DNA of 64,000 bases from Callorhinchus milii (lineage: Eukaryota): the NCBI RefSeq assembly GCF_018977255.1, contig NW_024704742.1, positions 41,542,001 to 41,606,000 of the forward strand, in the 5' to 3' direction. How positions within the stretch are numbered: position 1 is the first letter of the stretch; every line of letters starts with the position of its first letter. The position numbers and the translations under genes were made by a program. Below are positions 13,188 to 25,900 of the stretch, one piece after another. The notes under the pieces are model-generated. The model was not told the DNA's origin and did not search any database. It saw only the letters and a program-made list of their open reading frames with translations.

Positions 13188-13584
13188 CTACTATAGAGTA
13201 TAGAGTAGAGGAATATGTCTTGGGACTAGGCTGGTTTCTTTAAACGTGTTTGGATAGTGTTACCAACTGAGCCAGACTGACACCTGAGGGGGAAGTGGAA
13301 TGAGAAGAAAGGGAGAGTTGGAAGAAGGGTAGTCTGGTGGCATCCTCCTCCCCTACAAATTCAGAGAGCAAACTGCACAACTGCACAACGCCACTCAGAT
13401 CAAGGGTAGCCTGACAGCAGCATTGACCCGGGTCGTAACCTTGAGCCAGGCTTTTCTCCTTCCAAACACAATTGCTCTGAACTTCAGCGCAGACCAGCTG
13501 GCCCTAGAAATGTAGATGCCTCCTTCCCCCTCACCACATCCTTCCTTCTTCTGAATCCATTGTTTCAGTTCCATTTTCTATTTG

Positions 13585-13715
13585 ACTGTGCGCAATTGGC
13601 TGCCACCCACAAAATACACAGTCAATTTACTGTTCAGTATATTCTGTGAAGCGCTTTGAAATGTCTCAACGATGTGATACAGCACTATATCAAATGCAAG
13701 GATTACTATTATTTA
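13585..13715 (+). mobile_element. SINE 3' part
   Basis: 'ctgtgcgcaattggctgcc...gtgaagcgctttg...tatatcaaatgcaaggattac'. Confidence 0.8.
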
Positions 13716-13749
13716 TAGATCGTATACATGTCCCACAGGTGATTATTAC

Positions 13750-15025
13750 CTGGGCCAATAGAAAAGTGCAGAAATATTTGCCTGAAATTGCAGGGAAATC
13801 TGAAAATTCCCCGGGAAATTGCGGGGGGTGGGTGGGGGGGGGTTGATTGGTGCTATTGAGGTACATTTTCCTGCCAACCTACATTTTTTCACTTTATTGA
13901 TAGAAACTAAACATGAGGAAATAACACATATTAAACTGTTGCAAAATATTTTTATTAATTTCTTCTTTAACAAAAACTGGATGGCTCATTTGGCGGGGGG
14001 AACACCAGCGCAGACCCGAAGTGACTGGAGGTCCACTAAATCCTAACTGGGGGTCTACAGGAGCTTAGCACCTCCTGTGTCTCAGGGCCCAGCACCGAAC
14101 ACAGATACAGAGACACAGAGAGAGACACACATACACACACACAGACACAACGCAGAGAGAGACACACACAAAAACACACAGAGACTCAGAGAGTGACACA
14201 CTCACGCAGACATGGAGACACAGAGAGAGAGACATGCACATAGACACAGAGACACAGAGAGAGAGAGACACAAACACACAGACACAGAGACACACACAGA
14301 TACAGAGAGAGACACACACACAGACACAGAGAGAGAAACACACACAGATACAGACACAGAGGGACACACATTCTCAGAGAGAGACACACGCGAACACACT
14401 CAGACACAAAGAGACATACACACACACACACACACACACAGACAGACAGAGGAGAGAGAGACACAAACACACTCACAAACAGACAAACACACAGAGGAGA
14501 GAGAGAGACACTCATTTAGACTCTCACCAACACACACAGAGAGAAAGAGACACACAGAAACACTCACATAGACAGACACACAAACACACAGAGAGACACA
14601 CACACAGATAATCTCAGCAGCAGGGCCTCCGAGTGAAGCCAATTTCCCGCTTGCTCTGCACCACGCATGTGCAACCGCAGCCACTCCACCCACAGTGACG
14701 ACAGTTAAACAGCCGGCAGAGAGACGGTGGTTGCTTCTACCCGCTCCACTTTTCACTTGGGGGCCATTCCTTCCAGGTCCACTTCACCACCTTCACCACC
14801 GCTGGCCCTGTGTGAGTTGGCAATATTGGCTGCCTGATCTCTCGCAGGTCCGTCACAATGCACTGCTTCTCGCCACCCCGCCCCGCACACAGTAGCAGGG
14901 GGTAAAAGCTGGCCCGATAGATCACTGTTTAGTGGGTTTATAGCGGAGGACGTTGTTTAGAGCGGAGGATGTACTTATGCTGGATTCCGCAGAAAAATTG
15001 CAGCTGCACTTTTCTATTGGCCCTG
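13750..15025. mobile_element. Non-autonomous hAT-superfamily DNA transposon (1276 bp)
   Basis: 22-bp TIRs with 1 mismatch (13750-13771 ctgggccaatagaaaagtgcag; 15004-15025 ctgcacttttctattggccctg); 8-bp TSD attattac (13742-13749) / gttattac (15026-15033); no transposase ORF. Confidence 0.85.
14097..14608. repeat. Compound (CA)n/(GA)n low-complexity repeat inside the hAT element
   Basis: Directly visible; source of the spurious VC/TH/ER-rich ORFs. Confidence 0.95.
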
Positions 15026-15984
15026 GTTATTACCTCATTGTTAATGAAGCAGCCCCTGAAAATGGCTTGTGATTGCCCACTGTCAGATTTGGACATCTCC
15101 AAGAGAGATTTTCTGGTCAGTCAGGTGTCTGACCCATGTGGAAGGCCATCACCATACTTAAAAGCATCCAAACCACACTCAGAAAACAGAATTAAAAACA
15201 CAAGATCCAACAACAAATAGGGGTCTCCTAAATTCAGTGCCAGAAGAAAAGGCTGATTTTAATTCTGAGTTGCCTCTAGAGACAGCCCTGTCTCTGGAGG
15301 AACATTTGAAATATATAAACAGCATCACATACCTCAATAAAGTTCCCTCAGAGATATCTCTTCTGAAGCTCTGAAGAATCATAGCTTGATGCCATAGGGG
15401 CTCAATTCATATTTTAATTACCGTATTTTGAATCCCATTAATGATGCTTGCATTTAACACTTCCACATTGCCTCCATTAACAATGCTTAATCAATCCACC
15501 CTGAATGTGACTGGCAAGTTTGATTGCTATCCAGCATTGAGACTTGGATTCTTGATCACAGAGCAGTCAAATGATTTCTCTAATATCCCACCAGGTTACT
15601 TCTGATCTGGGATTCAAACTGCGCTTGTCTTTATAGGAAAGGATTGGCTGTGTATGTGCTGGGGAACATTTGCATCTGTTAAGCAAGCCATGTAATTATT
15701 CTTTGAATGTGATCAGTAATTTCCTTTTCATATTTGAATGTAATTTGTTGAATATCACCCATTTAGTACAGTGGTTCCCAAGGCTAACCAGAAGCCAGCA
15801 ATTGGTCATAATAACAAACACTGTCCATATTAAAACATGAGGTTTTCTAAAAAAAACACTCTGCTTGCATATAACATGTACTCATATGAAGAATATATAT
15901 TCTTTTTAAAAATACCAAATACTGACTTGCTTTGATAGTTCTGTTAATAGATATTATTGTGCAGTTTGTAACTGAAGCATATTG

Positions 15985-16310
15985 ATTAGGAAAGTCTTGA
16001 TCTGTGCTGAACTATCTGATCTCATCTCAGCTGGGGTTGCATTAAGGACACTATAATTAGCCTCAATGTGTCTAGGTCGGGGAGAACGGAAATCAGATCC
16101 AGGGTTCTGATCTCCGAGCAGTGCCTCCCCTCTGTTTGCCCTGGAAAGTTCTGTTTATTTTGGTCTTAGATAAGGAGAGGATTGGGATCTATTGTGATTC
16201 TTCGTTTCTCATTGCATTTGTTCACAATAAAGAATGGCAATTTTTTTTTGGTCAGCTGTGTGTCTGACACATGTGGAAACCCATCATCGTACTTAATAGT
16301 ATCCCAACCA
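15985..16310 (+). repeat. Ancient SINE-like interspersed repeat (unclassified)
   Basis: 'tctgtgctgaactatctgatctc...actataattagcctcaatg...ccagggttctg' resembles, from memory, an old shark repeat; its 3' ~60 bp recurs at 15114, 28680 and 46588. Confidence 0.4.
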
Positions 16311-16644
16311 AGCTGAGATTTCTATGCATCCCACCTGCATGGTAATCTCATAGATAGATTGTTGGAATGGAATATGCACTCTCTCCCTGAAGGAATTCAT
16401 CCTGCTTACCTAATTCCGGAAAGTATTAGGTGCAGGATGGGAAGAGCCAAGGCTTGAGGAACCCAGAGTGTGTGTTGGGGTACTGCTGGAGTCTAACCAG
16501 CTAAAACCACATAGCTTGCCATTGATATTGCTTTCTGGCAAGCTTTCCAACTAGGACCACCCTACCCATTAGGGATTTGGCTTGCAGGGTTAACAGGAGC
16601 TGAGTGGGATGACTCCCTGTCCCATTGACTTGTCTGCTTTCAGT

Positions 16645-16834
16645 TTTTAAGGGATTATTTACCCACTGAAAAGCGATCCACCAATCGACTGACAACTGGG
16701 TTCCTACTTATTGCTAGACAAACAGAGACATCTGTTGTAAGGAAACTGGCTTAATGTTTTGCCCCACCCGGGAATCAAATTCAGGTCCTCTGGGTTATGA
16801 GGCGAGCGCTCTAACCACTGAGCTACAGGACTCC
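16645..16834 (-). mobile_element. tRNA-headed SINE, 5' half (long variant)
   Basis: Minus-strand head ggagtcctgtagctcagtggttagagcgctcgcc; internal 'tagcaataagtaggaacccagttgtcagtcgattgg'. Confidence 0.85.
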
Positions 16835-19434
16835 AAGTCTCAGAATATCGTAGTATTGTACTAAAATATTGACTGGAAGTCATTGACAATGAATTCCAAG
16901 TATCCTTGGGTTCATGTAAACTGCTAGCACCTTTTTATACTTCAGAAGTTGTTGTAACTCACTGTCAGCGGTGGTTTCTCCTCTATGTAATAACATGGGC
17001 GATCTGACTGGTTAATAAATTGATTTTTGTTCAGTAATGTGATTATAGATATTGGATTGCAAAATAAACTATAACAGAATTACATTGTTGACTAAATTGC
17101 AACTTTCCAGGCATTCTCCACATTCCTCCCACTCATTCAGCCATTGTCAGTTTCAATTTTTTTTCAGGGTTTCAGCAAATCAGATCCCTGAGCAGGGAAC
17201 ACTGAGCTAACACTAGCAATTGATTAATATTGTAAACAAGAAAATATTTCCATGACAACTGTTGAAAGGCTCGAGTAATCTCAGCTCGGTTTATCGGGAA
17301 TTGATGGTGAGGGCATGGGTGCAAGTCCATCTCTCCCCTGGCGAACAAGCTCTTTATCAGCAACATTTTCTGGAATTCAGTCAGTCTTAAAAGGTCACAA
17401 AATTTCAAACAGTGTCTTACTCATTATGATCTGGTTATCAGAATTAGTCAGCAGGTGGAAGAACTTAAAGCTGATAGCCCTGAGTCTAATAGAATTTGGT
17501 ATTTTCTCAGAGAATGAAACAACTGTGCGGAATATGTCCAGCAAACAATCCCAATAACAAACGGGTTGAAGAAGCAGGACACAAGCACAGTGAATAGCAG
17601 ATTAAATGAAGCAGATAAAAGGTGCAGTTTTTCATGCTAAACATGATTTCACATGGATACATTTGATAGATCTTAAAAAGCAGATTATTTTGCAAAATGA
17701 AACACATGAACAAACAACTGCAACACTCCTCATAGTTCACAACAATGATGTGTGATTTCACGCCATCCCGATGTGAAAGGTGCTATATAAATACAATTTG
17801 TTGTTATTGTTCCTAAAAATGTTCAGGTACATTTGCTAAAATTGCATTGTGCTATGTATTTTATGGAGGAAATAAAGGTTAAAAGATGTGCAATAATAAA
17901 ATAGTTCTGAAAAACAACTCTAACTGTTAAAGCTTATCACAGTTGCATACAGCTCTGCCATGTTAAAAAAAACTTGACCTTGAAACGAGCAGGGTGTAAC
18001 TTGCAGTTTACGATTAAGATAACACATAAATGGAACTTTTTGTCATGGTCTGTCAATGTTTAGTTACTATGTTCTCAGACATTTGATCTTGTGTTCTCAG
18101 CACTTGAAAATTCAAAACTCTATCATTCTGTACTTACCAACTTTCATCTGCCACTAATTAAGCTGTCGATCAAAGCTAGGCTAATGCAAAGAAGCATAAA
18201 TATACCCGCATAGTATGTGCAATGAATACTCTTAGATTCTAATGCAATGTATTCATTGGAAATCAGTAATCAAATCCATTTGATTGTGTATAACAAGTCA
18301 AAGTTACAATTTACCAGGAAGCACTATAATATAAGTTCTGTGGTTTAAAGTGTATTAATTGTAAGATTCTTTGGAACGTATTAGCTGCACAGTCAATTGT
18401 GCAATTTGAAAGTGATTATTTAAGAGTGTGTAGCAAATGACATAGATCTTTTTACTTCCTTTCTTTTTCTCTCACTCTGCCCTTCCATAACATATACGCA
18501 TGCTTAACAGGTATTCACACAGGCTCTTACAAATATACGTGTTTTTTTATTTAGGTTTTGCAATTCTCCTATGGCTGTAAACTGTAATGATGTTCCTTAT
18601 GACACAATTTTACATCGCATTGGAATATAATTATCAAACAAACCTGCATTTCATTTTGAAGGTGCTCCTTAAACTAGCTAACTTCCAATTAGCAGTTACC
18701 ACATCTAAAGTGATTTAATCACCAATTACACATAATGACCTTGGAGACTTGAACTGTAACAGTTTAAACACTCCTAGCAATGCACTGAGGCAGACAATCT
18801 GCCATTAAAATATATTAGCACTGGCAGTAAGCCAGCACAGCGAAATGAGACTTTGTATGCAGCAAGTCAAGTGTATCTATCCCTACTCTACCCCCTACAC
18901 CACCACCATCCAATCTGTGAGTTATTGCCTGGACATGCCTCAGCATGTGTCTTGTTACTCTTTACCTTACATAAATATCTGACAACATAAAACCAGACCT
19001 GGCACAGTTTAGGAACACTTTTTTGGCAATAGGTTAGAGTCTGTTTCAAATGAATCATTGGGAATTTCTTAAAGATCCCTTCAGAGCCTTATTTAGATTT
19101 TAAAATACAATAATAAAGCAACATTGAGCAGCGGAGGCTCTATTGCCAAGGCTGAGTAAAACCAAATAAATAGGCAACATCATTAAAGTGTAACATTTTT
19201 GTTCACACATAAAACGTGACTAGTCTGGACATGTACTACATGCCATTTCCTTATCCTTTCCCGTAAGAGTTCATTGACCTGGAACAGTTAAAAAGTTCCA
19301 GTGTTTTTCAGAAAAATCATTTGTAAAAGCATTCTGCTCACCTGAATTGACAGCTGTTTCATATTAACTTGATCACTGTTGCGCTCTCTGAGGTTTGAAT
19401 GGGTCTGTGTGCTTCACAAATGACCTGATCGGAG

Positions 19435-20350
19435 AAATGTATAATTTTGAGCTTGTATTCTAGGGATCTGAACTCAAATGGTTTGGTAATTGTGCTCAGC
19501 ATCCTTTGTGTTTTGTTTATTGATGCCTCACTGTTTAAACATAATAGGTCTCTTCAGTTTCCCCTTGGTGAGTTCTATTCCTTCCATGGCATACATGTGT
19601 CTCCTAGTTTTATTTCAGGACCTTGTATTTGTCCATAATAACTTTCATTTGCCAGTGATCAGCCCATGTGCATCCACTGTTAAGCTTTCATTTGAAAATA
19701 TGGTTATGCTACATTAGATGGCTTCTCTTTATCACTTTGGAAATCACCTACTCAAAAAGTCCACAAGATTATAATAATAATAATAATCCTTCCATTTGAT
19801 GTAGCGCTTTTCGCGTCTTCTAGACGTCTCAAAACACTTCACAGAATATACTGTAAAGTGAATTGATTGTATATTTGTGGGTGAAACATGGCAGCCAATT
19901 ATGCACAGCAGTGATCAAATTATTATTTTATTTATTTTAGGTTAACTCAACAAGACCTACTACTTCTGATGTTGCATTGGCCATCATTTAGTAAGTTATT
20001 TCCACACATAATTTACTTCTGATTATTGAATCCATTAGTTTTCCATGGTCTCAATGAGTCTGTAATTGCCAAGTAGAACTCTGTTGTCTTTCTTGCATAT
20101 TGTAAATATGTTGCCCCTTCCAGTCTATCAGAACATCCTCAATTGCTAATTGACTGCTTCAAAATAATATTCAGTGCTTACCAAATCTCTGCCCTTGTGT
20201 TTCTAAATAAACTGGGATATACCGTAGTTCACCCATTATGGGGAATTTATTGTTCTTTAAGTCCTTAAGCCAATGTAGAAACTCTGCTTTGCTAATGTCA
20301 AAGTCTTGGATATTTTTGTTTTGTCTGACTTTGGGTATATAATTGCCTTG
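19435..20350 (-). mobile_element. Old CR1 ORF2 (RT region) fragments interrupted by a SINE
   Basis: Minus-strand remnants WADHWQMK..DKYKVL and NKTQRMLSTITK (19.45-19.67 kb); DFDISKAEFLHWLKDLKNNK, ALNIILKQS, DWK, LGNYRLI (20.05-20.32 kb). Confidence 0.65.
19770..19935 (-). mobile_element. SINE 3' part nested in the CR1 relic
   Basis: (AAT)n + 'ccttccatttgatgtagcgcttttcgcgtcttctagacgtctc'. Confidence 0.85.
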
Positions 20351-20452
20351 CATGTTTCCCCACAATATTTTTTTCAATTTCTATTTATCTTTGACAGATA
20401 GAGTTGTATCCTGATCTGTGTTACTAAACTCAGGTCTTATACTCCAGGAGGG

Positions 20453-20725
20453 AGAATTTCCAACTGGGTCTAGATTTTTCTTAGGATTTCAGACCATGCA
20501 AAGTTTGAACAAATCTTTGGATAAATTCAGTCTTAATACCAAAGCTGGAATTTTTTTAAGACTTCAAAAATGAGTTTAGAATTGTCCAAAATTTACGCAT
20601 TTTAAAATGCTAAAGAGAAAATATAATGGGTGAAAATCCCATTAAAGACTGACATTGCCAAAGGCCAATGTGCATAATGGTGAACAGAATTTTTATTGTT
20701 AAATCTAGATCTGGGTGGAATTTCT
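20453..20725. mobile_element. Palindromic MITE-like relic
   Basis: 25-bp imperfect inverted ends (20/25): agaatttccaactgggtctagattt / aaatctagatctgggtggaatttct. Confidence 0.5.
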
Positions 20726-21159
20726 GAACCTTGATGTTATCTTGTCTAAAGCCATATGTGCCTGTGATCTTTTCCAAGTCAGATTGAATGTTGTTGTGCT
20801 CTGGCTAAAATAATTAGTTAACAAACTAACAATGGGAATCTAATTTGTGATACTTTGCTCTTCCAGTTTGCAAAACTCATGGCCAGTGAATTACAACTAG
20901 AAAGTTGGCAAAGTCCAAAGAAAGGCTAGTGAGTAAAACATGTTGTGCTGGCACAAGGCTGGTTTGGCCTTTTTTGTGTTGAATTTTGGCACATTGGGAT
21001 TTGAGAATTGCATTGAGTAAGTGAGAATATATAACTCACTGCCTGAAATTGTAGTTGTAGCAGAAAGCTTCGGCATTCCAGCCTCTCCAAGGACTTTCTA
21101 AGAGGAAACTCAATGCATGTATGCGAGAGTTGGGAATAGAGGGGTATTGAAGAGAACTC

Positions 21160-21710
21160 CAGCAGCAGCAGCAACACCAACATTTATGGAGTACCTTTCA
21201 TGCAGGGTAGGATCTCGTACCGCTTAACAATAGCATAGTTTGACACCGAGCTGGGATGAGAGGGGGAGGTGACTATAGGTAAGGTCGAAGAGGAAAGTCT
21301 TCAGTTGCAAGTTGGTGATGGGCAAAGAGGGTGTAAGGCGGAGGGATTGAGACAGAGAGCTCTGGAGGTTCTGGGTAATGTGGTTGAAAACATGTCTGGT
21401 AGTGGTGGAGTGAAAGGGTTGAGGGACGTGCAGCCTGAGCTGGCTGAATGAAGGGATTGCCATGTGAGTAGGTCGGAGAGGTAGGAAGATTCCAGGCGAG
21501 AAGTGATTTGTAGGTCAGTGTGAGGATCTTGAAATTGATCCATTGTGCGAAAGGAAACGAGTGAAGCCTGACAAGAAGTAGGGTGATAGAGGTATGGTTT
21601 GGCACAGAGGAAGATATGAGCGGCTGAATTTTGAATCAGTTGGACTTCGTGAATGGTGGAGCTGGGGAGACTGGCGAGGAGTGTATTGGGGAAGTCAAGA
21701 CAGGAGAAAT
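21160..21710 (-). mobile_element. L2 3' fragment
   Basis: RLHSFPFAQWINFKILTLTYKSL and SLRLTPSLPITNLQLKTFLFDLTY remnants; tail (CAG/CAA)n. Confidence 0.85.
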
Positions 21711-21711
21711 T

Positions 21712-21780
21712 AAACCGGCAGAGACGAGTTGGCCCAAATGGCCTGTTTCGGTGCTGTACAGTCTATGTAATTCCATGTAA
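21712..21780 (+). mobile_element. CR1 3' terminal fragment
   Basis: 'ggcagagacgagttggcccaaatggcctgtttcggtgctgtacagtctatgtaattccatgtaa'. Confidence 0.7.
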
Positions 21781-22759
21781 AGTAGTAAATTTGTAAGTGT
21801 GTGCAATGTACCAATTTACCCATGACAAACACATTAGCAAACTTATAAAAGAAATGAAAAGGGTAATTTAATTTTACATAAATACACCATCAACAACTCA
21901 TATTTTATATAGTGCCCTTCACCCAGGGTAGCATCTTGGAGAAACTAACAATGTTGAGTTTGATATGTATCCTATGTAAATATGTTATATTTATGAACTT
22001 TCACACACAGTCAAATTCATTAAATGTACCAAACAGAGCACAAGAGTGTTTAGCCCACATCAACAAATTAGCCACATGAAGCAGAATCTCCCCTTTCGTC
22101 CTCATGTTTGCCATCCCACTGAGTTAGACTCATCTATTGGAAAGAAACCCTTTTCACTTTTTGCGTAAATAAATACATTATCGTATTTTGGTGGTATTTG
22201 GAATCTTTCTTAATAGTTTCATTTTTGTTTCTTTTATGACTGTGTTCTCCTTTATCCCGATTTCCTTTTACAACCATCTTCACAAATTCTGAACAATAAT
22301 CAGTGCTTAACCTTGGTCCAATGTTCTTTTTAAAAATAAAAAAATTCTCTTCAGTAAGGAAATATTCTAAAATTGTATTCTACACTGTAACTCATTGTTG
22401 TTTTAGATTAAAAAAAGCCTGCATCTCTTTCTTTAAAGATCAGCTATTTCTTTCCCTTGACCTCCAAAGCCTGTGGTCCAATTATTTTTGCTACTAAGAA
22501 TTTTTTTTTGTTGTATCCTCAAATACATGCAGAGCTTTTTGATTCTTGTTCCATTGTTAGAGCAAACAGACAGTTTAAAGCAAAAAGCTAAACCTGAAGG
22601 CTGAGTTTATTCATGGATTGCTTGGGCATTCCAGGCTCTCCAAGGATTTTATTAAAACTAACATTTAAAGTACAATGTGAAATATTTGTAATATAGTACA
22701 AAGCAGAGCCTGTGAATATGATATCAAAGATGAAACTATTACATGAACTGTAGATGCTA

Positions 22760-22870
22760 TATAATAATAATCCTTGCATTTGATATAGCACCTAATCACA
22801 TTTTAGAGATGTCTCAAAGCGCTTCACAGAACATACTAGTGAATTCACTGTATATTTAGTGGATGAAATA
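22760..22870 (-). mobile_element. SINE 3' tail
   Basis: 'aataataatccttgcatttgatatagcacc...ctcaaagcgcttcacag'. Confidence 0.8.
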
Positions 22871-22917
22871 CAGTAGCATTGTTGAGCAAACATTGCGCAG
22901 AAGACTGGGGCCTAGCA

Positions 22918-23004
22918 CACTGTTTGTACAGGTTTGTAGCAGAGAAGGGCGTTTATAGTGGATTCTGCAGAAAATATATGGACCACATTTTTCTATTGGC
23001 CCAG
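22918..23004. mobile_element. Solo end of the same hAT family as 13750-15025
   Basis: 'cactgtttgtacaggtttgtagcagag...ggattctgcagaaaa...ttttctattggcccag' aligns to 14923-15025. Confidence 0.7.
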
Positions 23005-24294
23005 CTCATTGGCCATATATGTACAGTCCTTCTCCAGCCCAATCATAAATGAAAAGACTTTGAAAAGAACGGCTTTGTGCTCTGGGTGTGAAAAGCTTCA
23101 AAAGTTTGCTGTGAGTCACTCAGGTAAGAAATATTTCACATTTGAAAGAAAAATACATCACTGTTGTAAAAAGAATCAAACAACAGAATTACCTTCTGCA
23201 CATAAATAACACAATCCATAACTGTCTCCACCTCTTGTGTCTCTTGTCACCACCTCCGCATGAACCATTTTCAAAGGCTTTCTTGACCCATTTTGTTAGG
23301 ATTAATGTTTTTTTTTCCTTTTTGAACCACTGATTCCCCTTTTCTCCCTCGGATCTTGTGAAATCCTCCCTCTCCTTCATAGATTTCCAAGCACATCTTC
23401 AGTGGATATACACTCTACCTGTCCGAGTGAGCTGAGGAAAGAAGAACATCAAAACAATAACAACATATGAAAAGAGGAAAATAAATAACATGTGAAAGAA
23501 ATAAAAGAAATGAGCAATTGCAGACCTTTCAACAAGAAGTGTATAACATATAATATTTGGAGCCTCAAGGATGCTGACTCACTATTTAGTTATTTGCACC
23601 AGTGCCTTTGTGGCTATAGAAAAACAAGGTCAAACTATGTATTTTTTAAAATGCAAAGCAGACGTAGCTTGTAGGCTGGGTTTTGTAATCCTTCAATACT
23701 GCACTTAATTTTTACAATAAGCGTAACTATTTAGTATTTAAGCGCTCTGGAATGCTACCCTGCGTGAGGGGCACTATATAAATGCAAGTTGTTGTTGAAG
23801 TTGTTGTATTTACCTGTTTGCTTTCTTGGGTGATAGGAAGTTACTCATTCCTATGTCCATAGCTCTTTGGAGATTCTCCCATTTGTACCCAAGGACTCTG
23901 ACAATAAGGGACCTCTGATTTGCAGGATCAATTAGCATGATAAGTGTAAAGTTAAGACTGGAAGATGTGAAGGATGTCAGTAAGGTGCTTCAACTCATCA
24001 GTTTCTGGGGTGGATCCTACTGAAATAGAGGGCAGAGCAGATTGTCCGAGAAATCATCTGATATAGTTTAATAATGGTGTTCTTCCCTCCTCTATCCCAT
24101 TGCTTCATGATATTGACCGCTCCTCATCTCATATAAGTGGTTAACAAATACAATCTAAGGCTAAGAGTAATTTTAGACCTTTGGGCTTTGCAGCTTCATT
24201 ATTCCAACAGTGGACGAAAACGTGGTGACATGGACAATGCGGTTTTGTGCATTTAAATAATACTTAATTGAGATAGAAACATATTACATTGAAA

Positions 24295-24400
24295 CATTCC
24301 TCAGTATTGCAGTAGTGTCAGCCTGTGTTATGAGCATAATCCTGTTGTGGGATTTGATCCCCAAACCTTCTGATATGCAGGAGAGAATGTTAATTTAGCT
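24295..24400 (-). mobile_element. Deu-domain SINE 5' fragment
   Basis: 'cctcagtattgcagtagtgtcagcc...gtgggatttgatccccaaaccttctga'. Confidence 0.6.
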
Positions 24401-25254
24401 AACGTGGTTATCCTGAACCGTTGGGCTGACTTTGGTTTCTGTGGTGGTTTTGATGTTAGTACTTTTCTGCTTGTCTCTTGACTGTCTCCTTATATCCTTC
24501 TGACATACCTTGACTACCTATTCATTCTTGAGTGTCAGGTGGGTAAGTGATTGAAGTTGCTGCTTACTGTAGCCCTAATAGTACAGTTTATTCTGTAGGT
24601 GCATAAAGAATTAATGCTGTAGTTCAACAGTCTGTGAATGAGGAAATTTATTTCAGGTCTATGCTAGATAGCGACTGGCAATGGGTTTTGCTTGAGGACA
24701 GAATAGTCTGGAACCAACATTTTTGGATTACCTTAGATGGGGTTAATTTCTCGTCAAAATCATCCTCTTCCTTCCAATATCCTCGACTTCATGTTTCATG
24801 TGAGATGTGCTGCTTTATGTTGATCAGCAATTAATTCCCAGACTCTTTAGTATGGCATAAGCCTCTTGGATAATTTACTTTCTTGCTTTGATGAGCTGAA
24901 AAACAAAGCATTCCTCAGTTTGTAAACACCACAGTTGTTTATCCTTCCACTTCCAGCCCATCAATGTTTCTTTGATTTTTTTTCTGTACTTGAGACTCTG
25001 TTGTTTTTTTCCAACCGCTCCCAACCCAGCTGACAAGCTCTTTTGTTCTAGGGCATACTTGGTTCCTCTTAGAGACTAAATTTCTCAAGTTAAAATTCAG
25101 AGATGCTTTAGGATCTTTTCAATGATCCTTGATTAACTTTAAAAGTGTTTTTCCCGTTTTAGTTTCTAAAAAATTATATATTTCATTGCAGAGTGGACCA
25201 GTATATTGGCAACATGTAGAATTGTATCACAACTTTAAGCCATAAGATACAATA

Positions 25255-25900
25255 AAAACAATTTACTATTATGTTGTGTCTTTCACATTTGCAAGAATGT
25301 CTCAAAGCTGATTTACAAAGAATGAGTGGGCGTCCGAGCTGGGAGGCTGCGGGAGGTTGGGGAGAGGTGGCTGAAAGTCAAAGAGATAGGTCCTTCTGCA
25401 AGATTTGAAAGCCGAGGGGGAAGGGGCGAGGTTGATGGGATTTTTGGAGAGCGTTCCAGCGAGAAGGTCACAGTATCTGAAGACACCATTGCCAATGGTG
25501 ACCAATGAAGGATCCTGGATTTGAGGAACCGAGGGAACGACTGAGGAGCAGGGTCACAGGAGAAGGTGGCGCAAGGCAGAGGATGCTGCTGAAAGTGAGG
25601 ACAAGGAACTCAAAATTTATAACAACAATAACTTGCATTTGCATAGTGCCCTTCACGCCGAATGGCGTGTCAGAACCCTTAATAAGGTACCAGTGGAGGC
25701 TGGTGAAGCTGGGGATGACAGGCTCATGGGGTTGGTGTGGGAAAGCATACTGGCTAGGTTATGGCAAAGGCAAGTGATGCTGCAGAAATGGAAGAAAGTG
25801 GACTTGGATAAAGGATGAAAGGTTTATTGGAGTTTTAAATAATGAATAAAATGTTGAGCTTCTGAACAGAATTTATGAGCTGAACGGAGCAACCAGGGAG
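25255..25900 (-). mobile_element. Old L2 3' fragment with a short L2 tail nested at ~25620-25686
   Basis: LAPSPSAFKSCRRTYLFD and INFEFLVLTFSSILCLAP remnants; insert 'aacaacaataacttgcatttgcatagtgcccttcacg'. Confidence 0.7.

Noticed and set aside
14065..14756. Cys/Val- or Thr/His/Arg-rich ORFs
   Set aside because: Translations of the CA/GA simple repeat.
15769..15785. Charlie-like left end cagtggttcccaa
   Set aside because: No matching right TIR or TSD found.
23419..23431. 13-nt minus-strand microexon (ttcttctttcctcag|CTCACTCGGACAG|gtagag)
   Set aside because: Good acceptor but weak donor, frame-shifting length and no supporting context; expected by chance in 64 kb.
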